IMG/VR virus record: IMGVR_UViG_3300029822_000020
Span: 1-45,332 of that record
Reading direction: 5' to 3' (one strand)
Length of the DNA: 45,332 bases
Source of the DNA: a virus
Taxonomy: Duplodnaviria; Caudoviricetes
Of this stretch, positions 26,749 to 37,512 are shown piece by piece. The position numbers were made by a program, and so were the translations under genes. Under the pieces are notes generated by a model. The model had not been told where the DNA came from. It was given only the letters and a program-made list of their open reading frames with translations, and ran no database searches. Numbering within the stretch: the stretch's first letter is position 1; each line of letters opens with the position of its first letter.

Positions 26749-29700
26749 TTAATTTCTTAGCGAATTATACCAATCTCTGAAGTTTGAACCAATTCTGCGC
26801 TGCTCATTTCTAAGACTTTCGATCTCTCTTTTCTTTTCTTCAGGTGTCATACTGCTATCATTTTGAACTGCTTTAATGTCATCATTAATAGCTTTCATTT
26901 CTTTATTGTACGTCGTGGCAGACTCTTGCTCTTTTAGGGCTTTTTTCTCTGCTTTAGTAGCACCCTTGTTTTCCATAGCCGCTGCCTTTGCAATATCTTG
27001 CGTTGTACCTAAAGAGGCTTTCGGGTCATACGTAAACTGCTTGACAGATTTACCGAATATATCATCTAACGTCTTCGGCTTTGCTGTCGTATCTAGTAAC
27101 TGATTAGCTGCCCAATCGGTTAAATCTAGTGCTTGTGTACCTAAGGAGCCTGTCGTTTTCTTAATTGTGTGGTCAATCTGTGCAGGCGATACGAACTCGT
27201 TACCTAAAGCCTTGGCTAGTTCTGAAGTGTACTGATTGTAGCGCTCGTCTTTTGGTACAAACGCTTGTCTATCGTACTGACTTTCAATGTCGTAGCCTGT
27301 GAAGAAGTCTTTATTTGCTCCTAACTCTAGGAATGTATTCAATCCGCCTACACTGTTAGGAGGAACCAATATACTAGCAATGTCCTTTAGTCCTGCTTTC
27401 ACTTCTTCGTCCGCTGTACGTGTAGTGGAGCCTGTAATTTGGTCTAACATGCGCTCTACAGGGTTAGCGAACGCTTGACCTATGAAGTGTGGCTTTGGAA
27501 TAAGAATGATCTTTTCAGATGCAGGGTCAGGCATAGCCCAGTATAGATTTTTCTGATAGGGTTGCATGTTATCTATTTTTCTTCGTTGTTCTTCAGATGT
27601 TGTCGGTGCGAAACGACTCATGTAAAGTGCCGCAGTCGGAGCAGCGATATACATTGCCCCTTTAGATAAGAAACCTAGTCTATCCTCATTGAACGCTTGA
27701 ATGACACGTGCGTTACCACGTATAGCGGCGTTGAGGTAAGGAACAACCTTGTTAGCTTGTTTTATATCCTTACCCATTTGCGAGTAGTCCATAATGTCCG
27801 TAGCTTCGAAGAATGCGTCCCTATCACTGTAACCTTTCTTTTGAGCCTGTTTGAACTCACCTAAACGTGCTCCTCGTTCCATCTTCATACCGAAGTCCTC
27901 TATTAATCTAAGAGGGTTAAGTACAACGGTGTTCTTGTCGCCTTTTAAGTGACCTGTTTCGATAGCCTTTGCCATTTCTTTAATCTCGTCGTCAGTACGT
28001 GAAATGAACTGTGAAGCACCGCCTCCCATTTTCTCGTAGGCGTCTACAGCAGACTTGTACTTTCCTTTTGACAGTTTTTCAATAGACTTACCGAAGAATG
28101 AATCTAAGAAGCCTGCCGCTACTGAAGCAGGGTTTTGACCTGTACGAGAAACCATAGCCGCCGAAGCGCTGTCTCGAACTGCGGAAATGAAGTGGAACGG
28201 AATATTGTAGTGCGTTGAACCCTTCTTAACTAAGTCAGCAAACGGCTTCGCTGCATCTACGAGAGCATTAGGCTGTTCAGCCTTAGCGCTATTTTCTAAG
28301 TAGTTCACTAGGTATTCAGGAACTTCGTAATGCTTTTGCTGACCGTCAAAGTAAGCTGTAACTGTACGACCTGCAATCGGCTCTTTCGACTCCTTAAATA
28401 GTGTACCATCTTTGTCTATCTCTGCGTATCGTGCAATAGTCTGCATAAGCTCGTTCTTTTCAGCATTGCGAGAAGTCATGATGTAGTTACGCATAGCCGA
28501 TTCTGTAGCAGGAAGTATTTTGTACTCTGTGCTACCGTCTTTACGCTTGCCTATAGGCTGTGTGGCTTTCGTACGTCCCTGTCCCTTTATAGCACTTTCA
28601 CCTACATCACGTGCCATAGAAATATAGTTAGGGTGACGTTCGTTAAGCATTAACATAGTAGGTTCGTCAATGAATCCTGCTTTACGTGCGTTGTCCAAGT
28701 TTATTTGCTGAATCTGCATGAACGTTCTATGTGCGTCCTGCATAGCTTGGTTCCCTTGCCACTTCGTTAGTACAGCTTCAGCCCATTCAGGCGTAGCCGT
28801 ATCAGGAAGTGCATAAGGGTTTAAGTCTCCTAGCTCCTTCAGCATTTCTCTACGTTGCTTGTCCCATGATAGCGCTTGTTCGCCTGTCATATCTTTTGGT
28901 CGTCTAGTCAGCAAAGCGTCGAACTCGTCTAGCAATTCGACAGTACGCTTGCCTGTCTGTGCGTTCGTGTTAAATATGTCCATAGCGTGCATAGCTGTAG
29001 CGTATTCGTCAAGATCACTAGATTTCAAGCCGTGCACTTCAAGTTGTTGAGCTAAAGGGGTGAAAGTATCCTTCGCATAGTTCACAGCACGTGCCGTAGA
29101 GGAACTAAGCAGGCGTGACTGTTTGTAGATACTATCACTTACTTTCAAGTCTCCACGTGGCAGAGTCTTTAAAACGTTATCAGAATCTACAGTGCGTAGC
29201 GCTTTCTCAATACCTTTCAAGTCGTTAGCGCTGTCGATAATGCTGCGATTAAATGACGCTGTGAATGTTTTTGCAGTATCACGTATACTCATACGCTTTT
29301 TCACATCATCGTAAGTAGCTATAGGGCTTTCCATTTCACGCAGTCTAGCTGTAGCCTCGTCAGGTGTGAGCTTCTTTGGGTCGGCAGGAATAGAAGTTGT
29401 CTTAGACTTTGGAGAGTTGTCCGCTATCATTAAGTCAATTTCCTTCTGTACCGTCCTTAGTTTGGCAGCTTCTACAGCATCTAGAGGGTTATTCTGTGCC
29501 TTAGCTAATAGCTGAAACTCCTCTTGGCTAAGATCGTTGTATGCTTTACTATTTAAAAGCTTATCAACCGTCTTACTATTCAAGTCATGATGCGTGATAC
29601 GCTGTGTACCTTCTACATAAGTAGGCGGCTTGTTCGAGTTACGAGCCTGTGCCTTTGCAGGTAGAGCAGGTGTAGCAGTTGGTGTTGCTGTAGCAGTCTG

Positions 29701-30819
29701 TTGCGTAGATGTAGCAGGCTGTCTAAAGTCAGGCATTTCAGGCAATGACCGTTGAAAATTACGTGCATTAATGGCGTTTCTAGCTAACGGAGCTGCTACG
29801 CTTAAAATTGGGTCAGCTACAGCGCCTAAAGCAGTATTTACGCCGATGTTCTTAGCGGCTTGTCTTGCATCGAATTTGTCAGGGTTAATAGCTGCGTTTA
29901 TAGCTTCTTCGGCAGTCGATACACCGCCACCTACAAGAGCACCTTCGATAGCTGTCCCTTTTGCTAGCTTACCTACGTTGCCCTTTACATTCCCTTTTGC
30001 AATCTCTTTAGCAGCTTGCGCCGCACCTCTGTTAACACCTGCGGCACGTACACCTTTAACTGCGCCAGTTGCAGGAACTAAGTAGCCTGAAGCGTCAGCA
30101 ATAAAGTCTGTAACGGTTCCAGCCTTAGTTTGGTCTTTTCGACGTTCGTACTCTTGTGGCTTCGCTCCTGCTTTTGTATCAAGAGCCTTTGGCAGACCTA
30201 AGAGAGCAGAGTTAGTAGCGCGTGTAGCGAAGCGGTCAATCTCTTTACCTGTTTTGCCCATAGAGTCGCCCTGTTTTACACCTGCTTTAGCCGCTTTCTC
30301 TCCGTCACCTGTAGCCATACCGACAACAAAGTCCTTGAAATTACTACCTAAGTTCTTGAAAAAGTTACCGCCGCGCTCTTTGTCAGCCGCTACAGCTTGT
30401 AAAGCTTTCGAGTTTTTAGCACTAGCTGTACGCTTATTAAGTTCGTCGTATGCTGATTTCTTTTCAGTTTTAGTGGTCGGCAAGTTCAGTTGACTTCTGA
30501 TTTTTGATTCCTTTTCGTCTTGATTCTTACCGTATTCTTTGCCGAACAAGTTCAGTACGCTAGAACGTTCTCGTCTAGTGCCTTGCATCTTATCGTTAAC
30601 CCATTGCTTGAACTCTTGCTCTTTACCACTATCATAAGTTTGTAAATACTGTTGAGTGCGCGCGTACTGCGGTGCTCTTGGACTACCTTTAGGTTGTTGC
30701 ACAGGTTCCCATAAGTCTGATAATTTTTTAGCATTAGCTAAAGGGGCAGTTTTTGTCTGCCCCTTCGACCATGCTGAAAATTCTTGTGGCTGTGCTTTAG
30801 CTTTTTTCTTTCTAGCCAT
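26749..30819 (-). CDS. large internal virion / DNA-ejection protein with LPD38-like C-terminal domain
   Basis: 1356 aa; NLYWAMP…ILIPKP…G, ELGANKDFFTG..I, SP.QIDH.I..TTGSLG; position after tail genes. Confidence 0.75.
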   Translation of the reverse strand: MARKKKAKAQPQEFSAWSKGQTKTAPLANAKKLSDLWEPVQQPKGSPRAPQYARTQQYLQTYDSGKEQEFKQWVNDKMQGTRRERSSVLNLFGKEYGKNQDEKESKIRSQLNLPTTKTEKKSAYDELNKRTASAKNSKALQAVAADKERGGNFFKNLGSNFKDFVVGMATGDGEKAAKAGVKQGDSMGKTGKEIDRFATRATNSALLGLPKALDTKAGAKPQEYERRKDQTKAGTVTDFIADASGYLVPATGAVKGVRAAGVNRGAAQAAKEIAKGNVKGNVGKLAKGTAIEGALVGGGVSTAEEAINAAINPDKFDARQAAKNIGVNTALGAVADPILSVAAPLARNAINARNFQRSLPEMPDFRQPATSTQQTATATPTATPALPAKAQARNSNKPPTYVEGTQRITHHDLNSKTVDKLLNSKAYNDLSQEEFQLLAKAQNNPLDAVEAAKLRTVQKEIDLMIADNSPKSKTTSIPADPKKLTPDEATARLREMESPIATYDDVKKRMSIRDTAKTFTASFNRSIIDSANDLKGIEKALRTVDSDNVLKTLPRGDLKVSDSIYKQSRLLSSSTARAVNYAKDTFTPLAQQLEVHGLKSSDLDEYATAMHAMDIFNTNAQTGKRTVELLDEFDALLTRRPKDMTGEQALSWDKQRREMLKELGDLNPYALPDTATPEWAEAVLTKWQGNQAMQDAHRTFMQIQQINLDNARKAGFIDEPTMLMLNERHPNYISMARDVGESAIKGQGRTKATQPIGKRKDGSTEYKILPATESAMRNYIMTSRNAEKNELMQTIARYAEIDKDGTLFKESKEPIAGRTVTAYFDGQQKHYEVPEYLVNYLENSAKAEQPNALVDAAKPFADLVKKGSTHYNIPFHFISAVRDSASAAMVSRTGQNPASVAAGFLDSFFGKSIEKLSKGKYKSAVDAYEKMGGGASQFISRTDDEIKEMAKAIETGHLKGDKNTVVLNPLRLIEDFGMKMERGARLGEFKQAQKKGYSDRDAFFEATDIMDYSQMGKDIKQANKVVPYLNAAIRGNARVIQAFNEDRLGFLSKGAMYIAAPTAALYMSRFAPTTSEEQRRKIDNMQPYQKNLYWAMPDPASEKIILIPKPHFIGQAFANPVERMLDQITGSTTRTADEEVKAGLKDIASILVPPNSVGGLNTFLELGANKDFFTGYDIESQYDRQAFVPKDERYNQYTSELAKALGNEFVSPAQIDHTIKKTTGSLGTQALDLTDWAANQLLDTTAKPKTLDDIFGKSVKQFTYDPKASLGTTQDIAKAAAMENKGATKAEKKALKEQESATTYNKEMKAINDDIKAVQNDSSMTPEEKKREIESLRNEQRRIGSNFRDWYNSLRN

Positions 30820-30831
30820 TCAAATTCCCCC

Positions 30832-32598
30832 TTATTTCTTCTTCTTCTGCTTGTTAGGCGGTGCACCGATTACGAACTCTCTAGGCTGTGGTACAGGCTC
30901 ACGTAGATTATTCATAACTTGTTGCATGAATTGTTGTTGCTTAACGGCAGGGTGCTCTGTAACTACACCTTTTACGATGCCTGCGTTACGGTCTTTCTGT
31001 ACTGCCTGCTCTCTTTGGAATGAGTTGTAAGCGGCGTTGTATCCAGTATTAGGAGCGCTCTTAGCAGTTGAGCCGCCACCGCCTGAACCTCTAGAACGAC
31101 CACCGCCGCCTCCGCCACCTGAACCGCGTAGAGCTAAGGCAGCATTACGATAAGCGTTATCTATAGCAGCTTGTTCCTTTTTGAAAGCAAATTCACGTTC
31201 GGCTAGTCCCATGTTGAACTCACCTTGCGTTCTGTCCCAAGTGTTCTTACCTTGATAAAGACCTGTAAGACCTGCTTCGTCCATAATTTTACCCCAATCA
31301 AACTGTTGTTGCCATTGTTGGTCGCCTATCTTGTCTCGTCCTGCGTTGTAGTCGAACTGTGTTTGCCATTGACGGTCAGCTACATTGTCTCGTCCTACGT
31401 TGTAATCAAACTGCTTATTCCACTGTTGGTTAGCTAGGCTGTTCTGCATTTGATTTTGGAAGTTCTGAATAGCCCATTGTTCGTTACCGATTGTATCCTG
31501 TAGTCCTTGTTGGTCGAACTGCATAAGCCATTGTAAAGCCGCTAAATCTTGTGCCCCTTGCTGCGCCTCTCGGTCAATTTCAGCCTGCGAACGTTGCCAT
31601 TGCTGTTGGTCTTGTGCCGCATAGAAGTTACGATCATTGCTAAGAATGTCGTAGCCCTGCATCTGCATCTGTTGGAACATCTTTTCAGCATTAGCTAAAG
31701 CCTGTTGGTTGATAGTGCCTAAACCTTCAGTCAGTCTAAGCCCTTCGTTTGCGAAACGTTGGTCTTCAGTCATACGACCTAAACCTGCATCTCGGTATAC
31801 GTCGCCCATAGCTGCTTGACGTCCCATCTGTAAACGTAATGCTTGGTCTGCGGCAATACCTGCATTGAGTCCTGATTCTACTTGGTCTTGACCCATGTTT
31901 AGCCCTTGTTGGAAGTAACTACGGTCAAGCTGTTCGTTAGCAGACATGATATTATTCTCAATACGTTGCAAGTTCTGCTTATTGAGTGACTCGTTTTGAC
32001 GCTGTGCGTTGGCGTTAGCATCACGTAAAGCTTGCGCCTCTGCCTCTGCTTGTCGTGTAGCGTATTCTTTTGAGAAGTCGAAGCCGTACTTGCTAGCAAT
32101 ATCTTGAACAGTTGCATTTTGGATATTTCTAAAGTCCTGCGCCGCCTGCGAGTTAGTGTAGTCGTCTCGCCACCCTTGTACAGCATTGTCTGTATTTTTC
32201 CCTGCTTGGTTATAACGTTGCTGATAATCTAGCAAGTTCTTATTATAAGTATCTTGTGCGTTTTTGATATTGTTTTGGGCATCCAATTGAGGTTTAAGAG
32301 ATTGCTCTAACCTATCTAAGTAGGATTGGTGCTCATTGGTATTCTGCATACCGAATTTTTCACGATTAGACGTAACAGTATTCATACGGTTAAATTCGTT
32401 TTGAACAGCGCCTAAGTCGTTCCACTGATTGAAGCCGCCTGATACGTTACCTTTATCGTAACCAATACCCCAACCCCTAGTATAATCAGATTGATTATAC
32501 TTAGGAGCCGAAGACATGGCATTTGATTGAGGTAGCGTAGCACCTTGTTGCTGTTTAGCTTTGTGATTAGCCTGCATTTGCGCTAATGTAAGTGCCAT
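30832..32598 (-). CDS. Gln-rich internal virion / ejection protein
   Basis: Q/N-rich coiled coil; 18-aa QW..QFDYN.GRD repeats; Gly-rich C-terminal linker. Confidence 0.7.
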   Translation of the reverse strand: MALTLAQMQANHKAKQQQGATLPQSNAMSSAPKYNQSDYTRGWGIGYDKGNVSGGFNQWNDLGAVQNEFNRMNTVTSNREKFGMQNTNEHQSYLDRLEQSLKPQLDAQNNIKNAQDTYNKNLLDYQQRYNQAGKNTDNAVQGWRDDYTNSQAAQDFRNIQNATVQDIASKYGFDFSKEYATRQAEAEAQALRDANANAQRQNESLNKQNLQRIENNIMSANEQLDRSYFQQGLNMGQDQVESGLNAGIAADQALRLQMGRQAAMGDVYRDAGLGRMTEDQRFANEGLRLTEGLGTINQQALANAEKMFQQMQMQGYDILSNDRNFYAAQDQQQWQRSQAEIDREAQQGAQDLAALQWLMQFDQQGLQDTIGNEQWAIQNFQNQMQNSLANQQWNKQFDYNVGRDNVADRQWQTQFDYNAGRDKIGDQQWQQQFDWGKIMDEAGLTGLYQGKNTWDRTQGEFNMGLAEREFAFKKEQAAIDNAYRNAALALRGSGGGGGGGRSRGSGGGGSTAKSAPNTGYNAAYNSFQREQAVQKDRNAGIVKGVVTEHPAVKQQQFMQQVMNNLREPVPQPREFVIGAPPNKQKKKK

Positions 32599-32611
32599 GC
32601 TTGACCCTCCT

Positions 32612-32833
32612 TTACTGTGGTTGTACTGCCGTAGGCACGATGTCAGCAGGAACTAGAGTGCCGAACATTTGACGATTAAAAACGATATCGCCTACAGTAA
32701 TAACTGTTACACGTTCATTATTAATAGTATGTGCAAATTGCGCAGGACTGAAATCCTCCATTACGAATCTAAATTGGTGTCCGTTTGTTAAACTTAATAC
32801 ATAAGTTTTAGCGTTAGAGTTAGTGTTTTCCAT
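32612..32833 (-). CDS. hypothetical protein
   Basis: GGGGGA RBS. Confidence 0.7.
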   Translation of the reverse strand: MENTNSNAKTYVLSLTNGHQFRFVMEDFSPAQFAHTINNERVTVITVGDIVFNRQMFGTLVPADIVPTAVQPQ

Positions 32834-32850
32834 TGTGAGATTCCCCCATT

Positions 32851-33843
32851 TTATGTTAGTTGTACAGAGCCTACGCCTGAACCGAATAAGTACACACGTA
32901 GCATTCTGCCTGATACTGCAAAAGATAAGCCCGACGTATCTGTCTTAGCAACATTACCATAATTACCCGAAACATACAAGTCTCCGTCAATACTTACACC
33001 GTTGAATGCACCTAGTCTAAGGGTGTCATTGTAGTGGCGTATTTGACCACCTGTACCTCCACCGAAACGTATCGTTTTCTCCTCGTAGTCACTGTAGTGT
33101 GTGCCTATGTTAAGCACTCGACCTACGGTAACGTCTGTGCTGACGCTGATATAGGATGACATAATCGTTCCGCCTACAATCTTGTCTGCCGTAATACCTG
33201 AAGCCGAAACGTGGTACGACTCAATAGCGTTGGCGTAAATCTTGTCTGCCGTAATAGCGTTAGACGTGATGTGATAAGACTGTATTGCATATGATTGGAT
33301 ATTGTTCGCCATTACTGCATTCGACTGAATAGCACCTGCGAATACAGAGTTAGCTGCTAGCTGATTGGCTGTTATGGCATCTGTCTGAATGTGTCTTGTA
33401 GCAATCTGATTCGAGGCTATCTTATCAGCTACGATAGTTTGTGTGATGATATTACCACCGTGAATAGCTGTCATGCCTTGTGTAGACAGCGCTGTAAACG
33501 TGGTATAGCCGTCTAGGTTAACTTTATCGGCACGTATACGTATAGCGGTAGGTGTAACGTTAATATCTGCAATTGATTCACCTTTAGTAACTTTTAGCTC
33601 AATTTTACCGTTCAGAACCCCTATAGATGTATTCATCTGTTGTGTGACATCTGTAACGGCAGCAGTTATTTGGTCTTCTAAAATAACTAGCTGTGCTTGT
33701 GTTTCTTCAGATAAAGCGGTCACGGTTAGGCGTATCGCTTTGTCCCATGACTTCATCTGATTAAGTAATTCGTATGGTGATGGATCGTCAGGGTCTCCAT
33801 ATTGGTGATAAGGGTTCATTTTCTCATAGTCGTTATACGCCAC
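32851..33843 (-). CDS. gp58-like tail protein with ITADKI-type repeats (GTG start)
   Basis: IRIRADKVNLDGYTTF followed by repeated I.A.KI units; GGAGG RBS. Confidence 0.7.
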   Translation of the reverse strand: MAYNDYEKMNPYHQYGDPDDPSPYELLNQMKSWDKAIRLTVTALSEETQAQLVILEDQITAAVTDVTQQMNTSIGVLNGKIELKVTKGESIADINVTPTAIRIRADKVNLDGYTTFTALSTQGMTAIHGGNIITQTIVADKIASNQIATRHIQTDAITANQLAANSVFAGAIQSNAVMANNIQSYAIQSYHITSNAITADKIYANAIESYHVSASGITADKIVGGTIMSSYISVSTDVTVGRVLNIGTHYSDYEEKTIRFGGGTGGQIRHYNDTLRLGAFNGVSIDGDLYVSGNYGNVAKTDTSGLSFAVSGRMLRVYLFGSGVGSVQLT

Positions 33844-33856
33844 CGTGACGCCTCCT

Positions 33857-35695
33857 TTACGGTTTCTTCGTTTTGTGGATAATACTGAAGCCTAAGAATG
33901 TAACAGGCTCGTCAGCAGTATGCTCTACCTCTATACGGACACGTTGACACTTACCTGAAACTTTCAGCTTGTCTATGAACGTGTCATAGTCGGCAGGCTT
34001 ATCAATCTTTGCGTCCCATGAAATAACATCGTTCACTTTCTCCACCCCATCTAAGAGAATTTGAACCTTTGCTACAGTGCCGATGTGAGGCGATTCTGCT
34101 AAAATCTGAAACTCTTTTAGCTTCTTAGGATGATAAGGCAATCCGAAGTTTAAATACTTAGTTGCGAAGCTAGCGCTGTACACGTGCCCTGCGTCGGTGT
34201 ACTTGGAGCTATCAGCTTTCAGCACTTGACCGTTCTCTAACTGTGTGAAGTATTCAGTATTGTAAACCTTACCTTCTACAGCCTTGAATGATGGTGAGTC
34301 GTCCTTAGTCCATATACCCTGCTCTTTATAGTAACGGAAACGCTTGTTCGATTGTGGGAACATCACGTGCAATTCACCTTTGTAAACTGTAACTACAGCG
34401 TCTCTTTGACCTAAAGGGGTCAAGTTTTGTATACGTACATCTAAGCGAGCCACGTTAGCCTTGTCGTCTACATAGCCGATACTCTTTAAGTAGTAGATGC
34501 CGTCCAGCGAAACGAATGCTATATAGTTATCTAAGACAGCAGCCCCTCTAGGTGCTATACAACCTACAGCAGTATTCAGTACTCGTCGTGAGTAATCTCT
34601 AGGTGACTTACCAAACAATGCTTGTACTGTAGAGTCTGTAAAAGCAACTAAGTGGTCTCTGAATCTGACAATTGCATTTACAGGCTCCTTCGAAGCTGTC
34701 TCGAACATTAACGTATTCGTCATTGGGAAATAATTTCCTGACTTCAAGTGGGAAATATAGATAGTGTCGAAGTTAGTAGTATCTCCGTACAGGACTAGAC
34801 GTTCCCAGTGTAGCAATATCCTGTTACACGTGTGGATACCTTTATAGTCAGGCTCTATGTCTTCAGGGTCAGGTGCAGGTTTTACTTGGTACTTTGGCAC
34901 ATCATAGATGACATTTGAAATCGTCGTACCTTTTTTGCGAACACGTATTCTGAATTGCATGTCTCCTTCACCTACAGGCGAGTGTGTCCATGTTTTAGAT
35001 GTAGACCAATCCTGCCCCATGTGATAGGCTCCGTCCTCCATGAATGGGAAGCGGTACTCAAACTGATATTCTAGCTCGTCTGAAGCGGACACCTTGATAA
35101 CGTATGCTGTTAGTGTGAAAGGCTTGTTAATGATGCCGTAACGAGTGCTAAATGTGACACCTGTTAACTGAAGATGCGAACCTAAGCCGTCCTCTAGGTA
35201 TTTAGAAGGGTCGTCAGCTAAGGCATTTGTGCCGATATATAGCGCCTCTAAAGGGTCAGGCTTCTTAGGCTCGACCTTTTTGAAACCTTCACCGTCTTTG
35301 TATTGGTACAGTCCTGAACCTGTAGCAATATACGTACGGCTGCCCCATTGCACAGCTTCCACTATTCTATCTCTTTGGAAAGTTATGTTGCTCTGAACTA
35401 CACCGTCTATTTCTACTTTTCCGTCAATAAAGATCATGTCTACATATTCTGTGGACGTTTTATAGTGTCTATGGAAACCTTGCCCTTTTCCTGCTGTTAC
35501 AGGCGTTTTATGGACAGTGTGACCTGTTCGTCGTTTAATCGCCCCACGCTCGTCAAACGAGACGTTAGACACGTCAGAGAGGTCGATGTCTAACATGTTA
35601 TCATCAGAGGCTACAGTATTGAGACCGCCTGAAAAGTTTTGGTACACTTGAAAGGCTTTTTTCCACGGCTGCGTATAGAATTGTTGTTGTGCCAT
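33857..35695 (-). CDS. podovirus tail nozzle / stabilisation protein
   Basis: NFSGGLN…NV.FD.RG.I.RR.G N-terminus; beta-propeller-like GCIAP…FVSLDGIY; follows the adaptor. Confidence 0.75.
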   Translation of the reverse strand: MAQQQFYTQPWKKAFQVYQNFSGGLNTVASDDNMLDIDLSDVSNVSFDERGAIKRRTGHTVHKTPVTAGKGQGFHRHYKTSTEYVDMIFIDGKVEIDGVVQSNITFQRDRIVEAVQWGSRTYIATGSGLYQYKDGEGFKKVEPKKPDPLEALYIGTNALADDPSKYLEDGLGSHLQLTGVTFSTRYGIINKPFTLTAYVIKVSASDELEYQFEYRFPFMEDGAYHMGQDWSTSKTWTHSPVGEGDMQFRIRVRKKGTTISNVIYDVPKYQVKPAPDPEDIEPDYKGIHTCNRILLHWERLVLYGDTTNFDTIYISHLKSGNYFPMTNTLMFETASKEPVNAIVRFRDHLVAFTDSTVQALFGKSPRDYSRRVLNTAVGCIAPRGAAVLDNYIAFVSLDGIYYLKSIGYVDDKANVARLDVRIQNLTPLGQRDAVVTVYKGELHVMFPQSNKRFRYYKEQGIWTKDDSPSFKAVEGKVYNTEYFTQLENGQVLKADSSKYTDAGHVYSASFATKYLNFGLPYHPKKLKEFQILAESPHIGTVAKVQILLDGVEKVNDVISWDAKIDKPADYDTFIDKLKVSGKCQRVRIEVEHTADEPVTFLGFSIIHKTKKP

Positions 35696-35698
35696 AGC

Positions 35699-36115
35699 TT
35701 ACCATCCTCGCAACGGTGAATACATGTGCATCGAGTAATCTTCTTCGTAGTGTCTCACCTTTTTATTTTGATTCTTGTACTCGTCAGGAATTTCATACGA
35801 GTCAATAAATTTACGCAGGTTCATGTCGAATTGTCCGTACCAATCTGTATATTCGAACTGTGACGAGTCATTTTCTTTGATACGACCTGAAGCAAACGGA
35901 ACCAAGAGCATGTTAATCCAGTGGTCAGGAATGTATGACCATTCTTCTGTTGCGTACATCTTGTCTTTAAGCGACAAGTCTATCAATGGAAATAGAGCGT
36001 CAGCTTCAATATTAATCTTAGAAATAGCGTCGTTACAGAAAGCCAGTACCTGCTTTAACTCGAAGTCCTCGTCAGTAGCTAGGTTGATATGTGCCACTAA
36101 TGGTAATAATTCCAT
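35699..36115 (-). CDS. head-tail adaptor
   Basis: FCNDAISKIN…IPDHW..MLLVPFA pattern; synteny. Confidence 0.7.
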   Translation of the reverse strand: MELLPLVAHINLATDEDFELKQVLAFCNDAISKINIEADALFPLIDLSLKDKMYATEEWSYIPDHWINMLLVPFASGRIKENDSSQFEYTDWYGQFDMNLRKFIDSYEIPDEYKNQNKKVRHYEEDYSMHMYSPLRGW

Positions 36116-36135
36116 ACTGTTTCCCCCTTTATAAT

Positions 36136-36171
36136 AGAAAAAGAGAGAAGGGACAGCGCCCCTTCCCTCTT
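36136..36171 (-). terminator. intrinsic terminator after the capsid operon
   Basis: Minus strand AGAGGGAAGGGG-CGCTG-TCCCTTCTCTCT-TTTT. Confidence 0.85.
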
Positions 36172-36442
36172 AGGTAAGTCGATTCATAGCAGCGATTGCG
36201 TGGTCATAAAAGCTTTCAGGAATCTCGTAGCTGTTACCATCTACAGGAACGTTCACGAATGCACCGTTGATTCCGATGTACAAGTGAGAGCCGAAAGATT
36301 TAGCAAAGATTTTAGGAATCGTTAATTCCTTCATTGGCTCTTTACCGAAAGTTTTCTTAACTGCTTCCAGTTCAGCTTTTAACTTTGCGTTGGACGTTTC
36401 AGAAACGTTAACGCTTTTTGAAGTCGTTGGTTTAGTTGTCAT
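36170..36442 (-). CDS. capsid-associated hypothetical protein
   Basis: Directly after the MCP; GING…VPVDG..YEIPE motif. Confidence 0.7.
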   Translation of the reverse strand: MTTKPTTSKSVNVSETSNAKLKAELEAVKKTFGKEPMKELTIPKIFAKSFGSHLYIGINGAFVNVPVDGNSYEIPESFYDHAIAAMNRLT

Positions 36443-36459
36443 CCTTTAAATTCCCCCTA

Positions 36460-37494
36460 TTAAGCATTTGTCGGTACATGTTCGTAACGGCAAATACCTT
36501 CTTCGTATAATCGTTTAACTGTGAATGCGTTCATTTTCCAACCAATTGATTGACGTTGGTTTAATGGGTCAGTCGTACCCGCAGAACCTAAGCCTTTCGT
36601 GATTGTTTGAATGTCTCCGTTGCCTTTGATTTTTGTAATACCGTATGCACGTTGACCTAACATTAACGCAGAATGTACGTCAGCGCCTGAAGCACCTTCA
36701 CCTGTGAATACCATTGCGTTAGGAACCTCAATGAACTTGATACCGTACACGTCAGCAATTTCACCTTGGATGAATGGCTTATTGTTGTTACCAATCTCAT
36801 AAGCCTTTACGAATTTTGGGTCGTCCATTAAGTCGAAAATTGTTTCAGGTGAGCAAAGTACCACATACTTTCCATTTACAGCAGGGTCAATGAATGCTTT
36901 CTGCATAGCTAAGCGCATCTTACGGAAATCGTCAATCTTTGGAATGTCACCCGCTGCTACAGCACCACGTGAAGTCTTAGCACCTGCGTAGAATACGTTC
37001 GTTCCTGCATGTAATTCACGACGAACTAAGCGGTCAATTTTTTCACGTGCAGAGCGTGCTAATTCTACAGTGTACTCGTTAATGATTGGGTCAACTGTTG
37101 TCACGTCAACTAAGTCAGTGAATAGCATCCAGTCACCGTATTGTGCAGTAACGGCAGAAATTGCCTCTAATGAACCGTTTAAGCCGTCAGGTGTCACACC
37201 CTCTTGCAATGGATCAAGTGACGTTTCAAGATTTTTAATTTTACGGAAGTTAATTGTATCTCCCGCTTTAGCAGGCATTGGTCGTTCTTGTGCAAAACGT
37301 GAGTGATACCAATCAGTTTGTACTAGTAATTTTAAAAGTAATTTGTCGTACCATGCGTTAGGCTTGGTAGAGTTAGCGCCTGTACCTGATTGGACAGATG
37401 TAGACGTGTTCATTGTAGTTGCGAACATCTGAATATCTAAAGGCATTAACATGTCCTTAGATGTGATAAGTTTACCGTAAATACGATGTGTCAT
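36460..37494 (-). CDS. major capsid protein, N4-gp56 family
   Basis: MP..AGDTI.FRK, L.EGVTP, QYG, GEI..VYG..F.E, DPLNQRQSIGWK. Confidence 0.92.
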   Translation of the reverse strand: MTHRIYGKLITSKDMLMPLDIQMFATTMNTSTSVQSGTGANSTKPNAWYDKLLLKLLVQTDWYHSRFAQERPMPAKAGDTINFRKIKNLETSLDPLQEGVTPDGLNGSLEAISAVTAQYGDWMLFTDLVDVTTVDPIINEYTVELARSAREKIDRLVRRELHAGTNVFYAGAKTSRGAVAAGDIPKIDDFRKMRLAMQKAFIDPAVNGKYVVLCSPETIFDLMDDPKFVKAYEIGNNNKPFIQGEIADVYGIKFIEVPNAMVFTGEGASGADVHSALMLGQRAYGITKIKGNGDIQTITKGLGSAGTTDPLNQRQSIGWKMNAFTVKRLYEEGICRYEHVPTNA

Positions 37495-37512
37495 CTTATG
37501 ACCTCCTGAAAT

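Noticed and set aside
33120-33460. DNA repeats (CTTGTCTGCCGTAATA twice) as a diversity-generating retroelement template/variable pair
   Set aside because: They are explained by ITADKI protein repeats, and no reverse transcriptase gene is present.
36170-36480. Programmed frameshift extending the major capsid protein
   Set aside because: There is no slippery sequence before the MCP stop, and the next gene has its own GGGGGA RBS.
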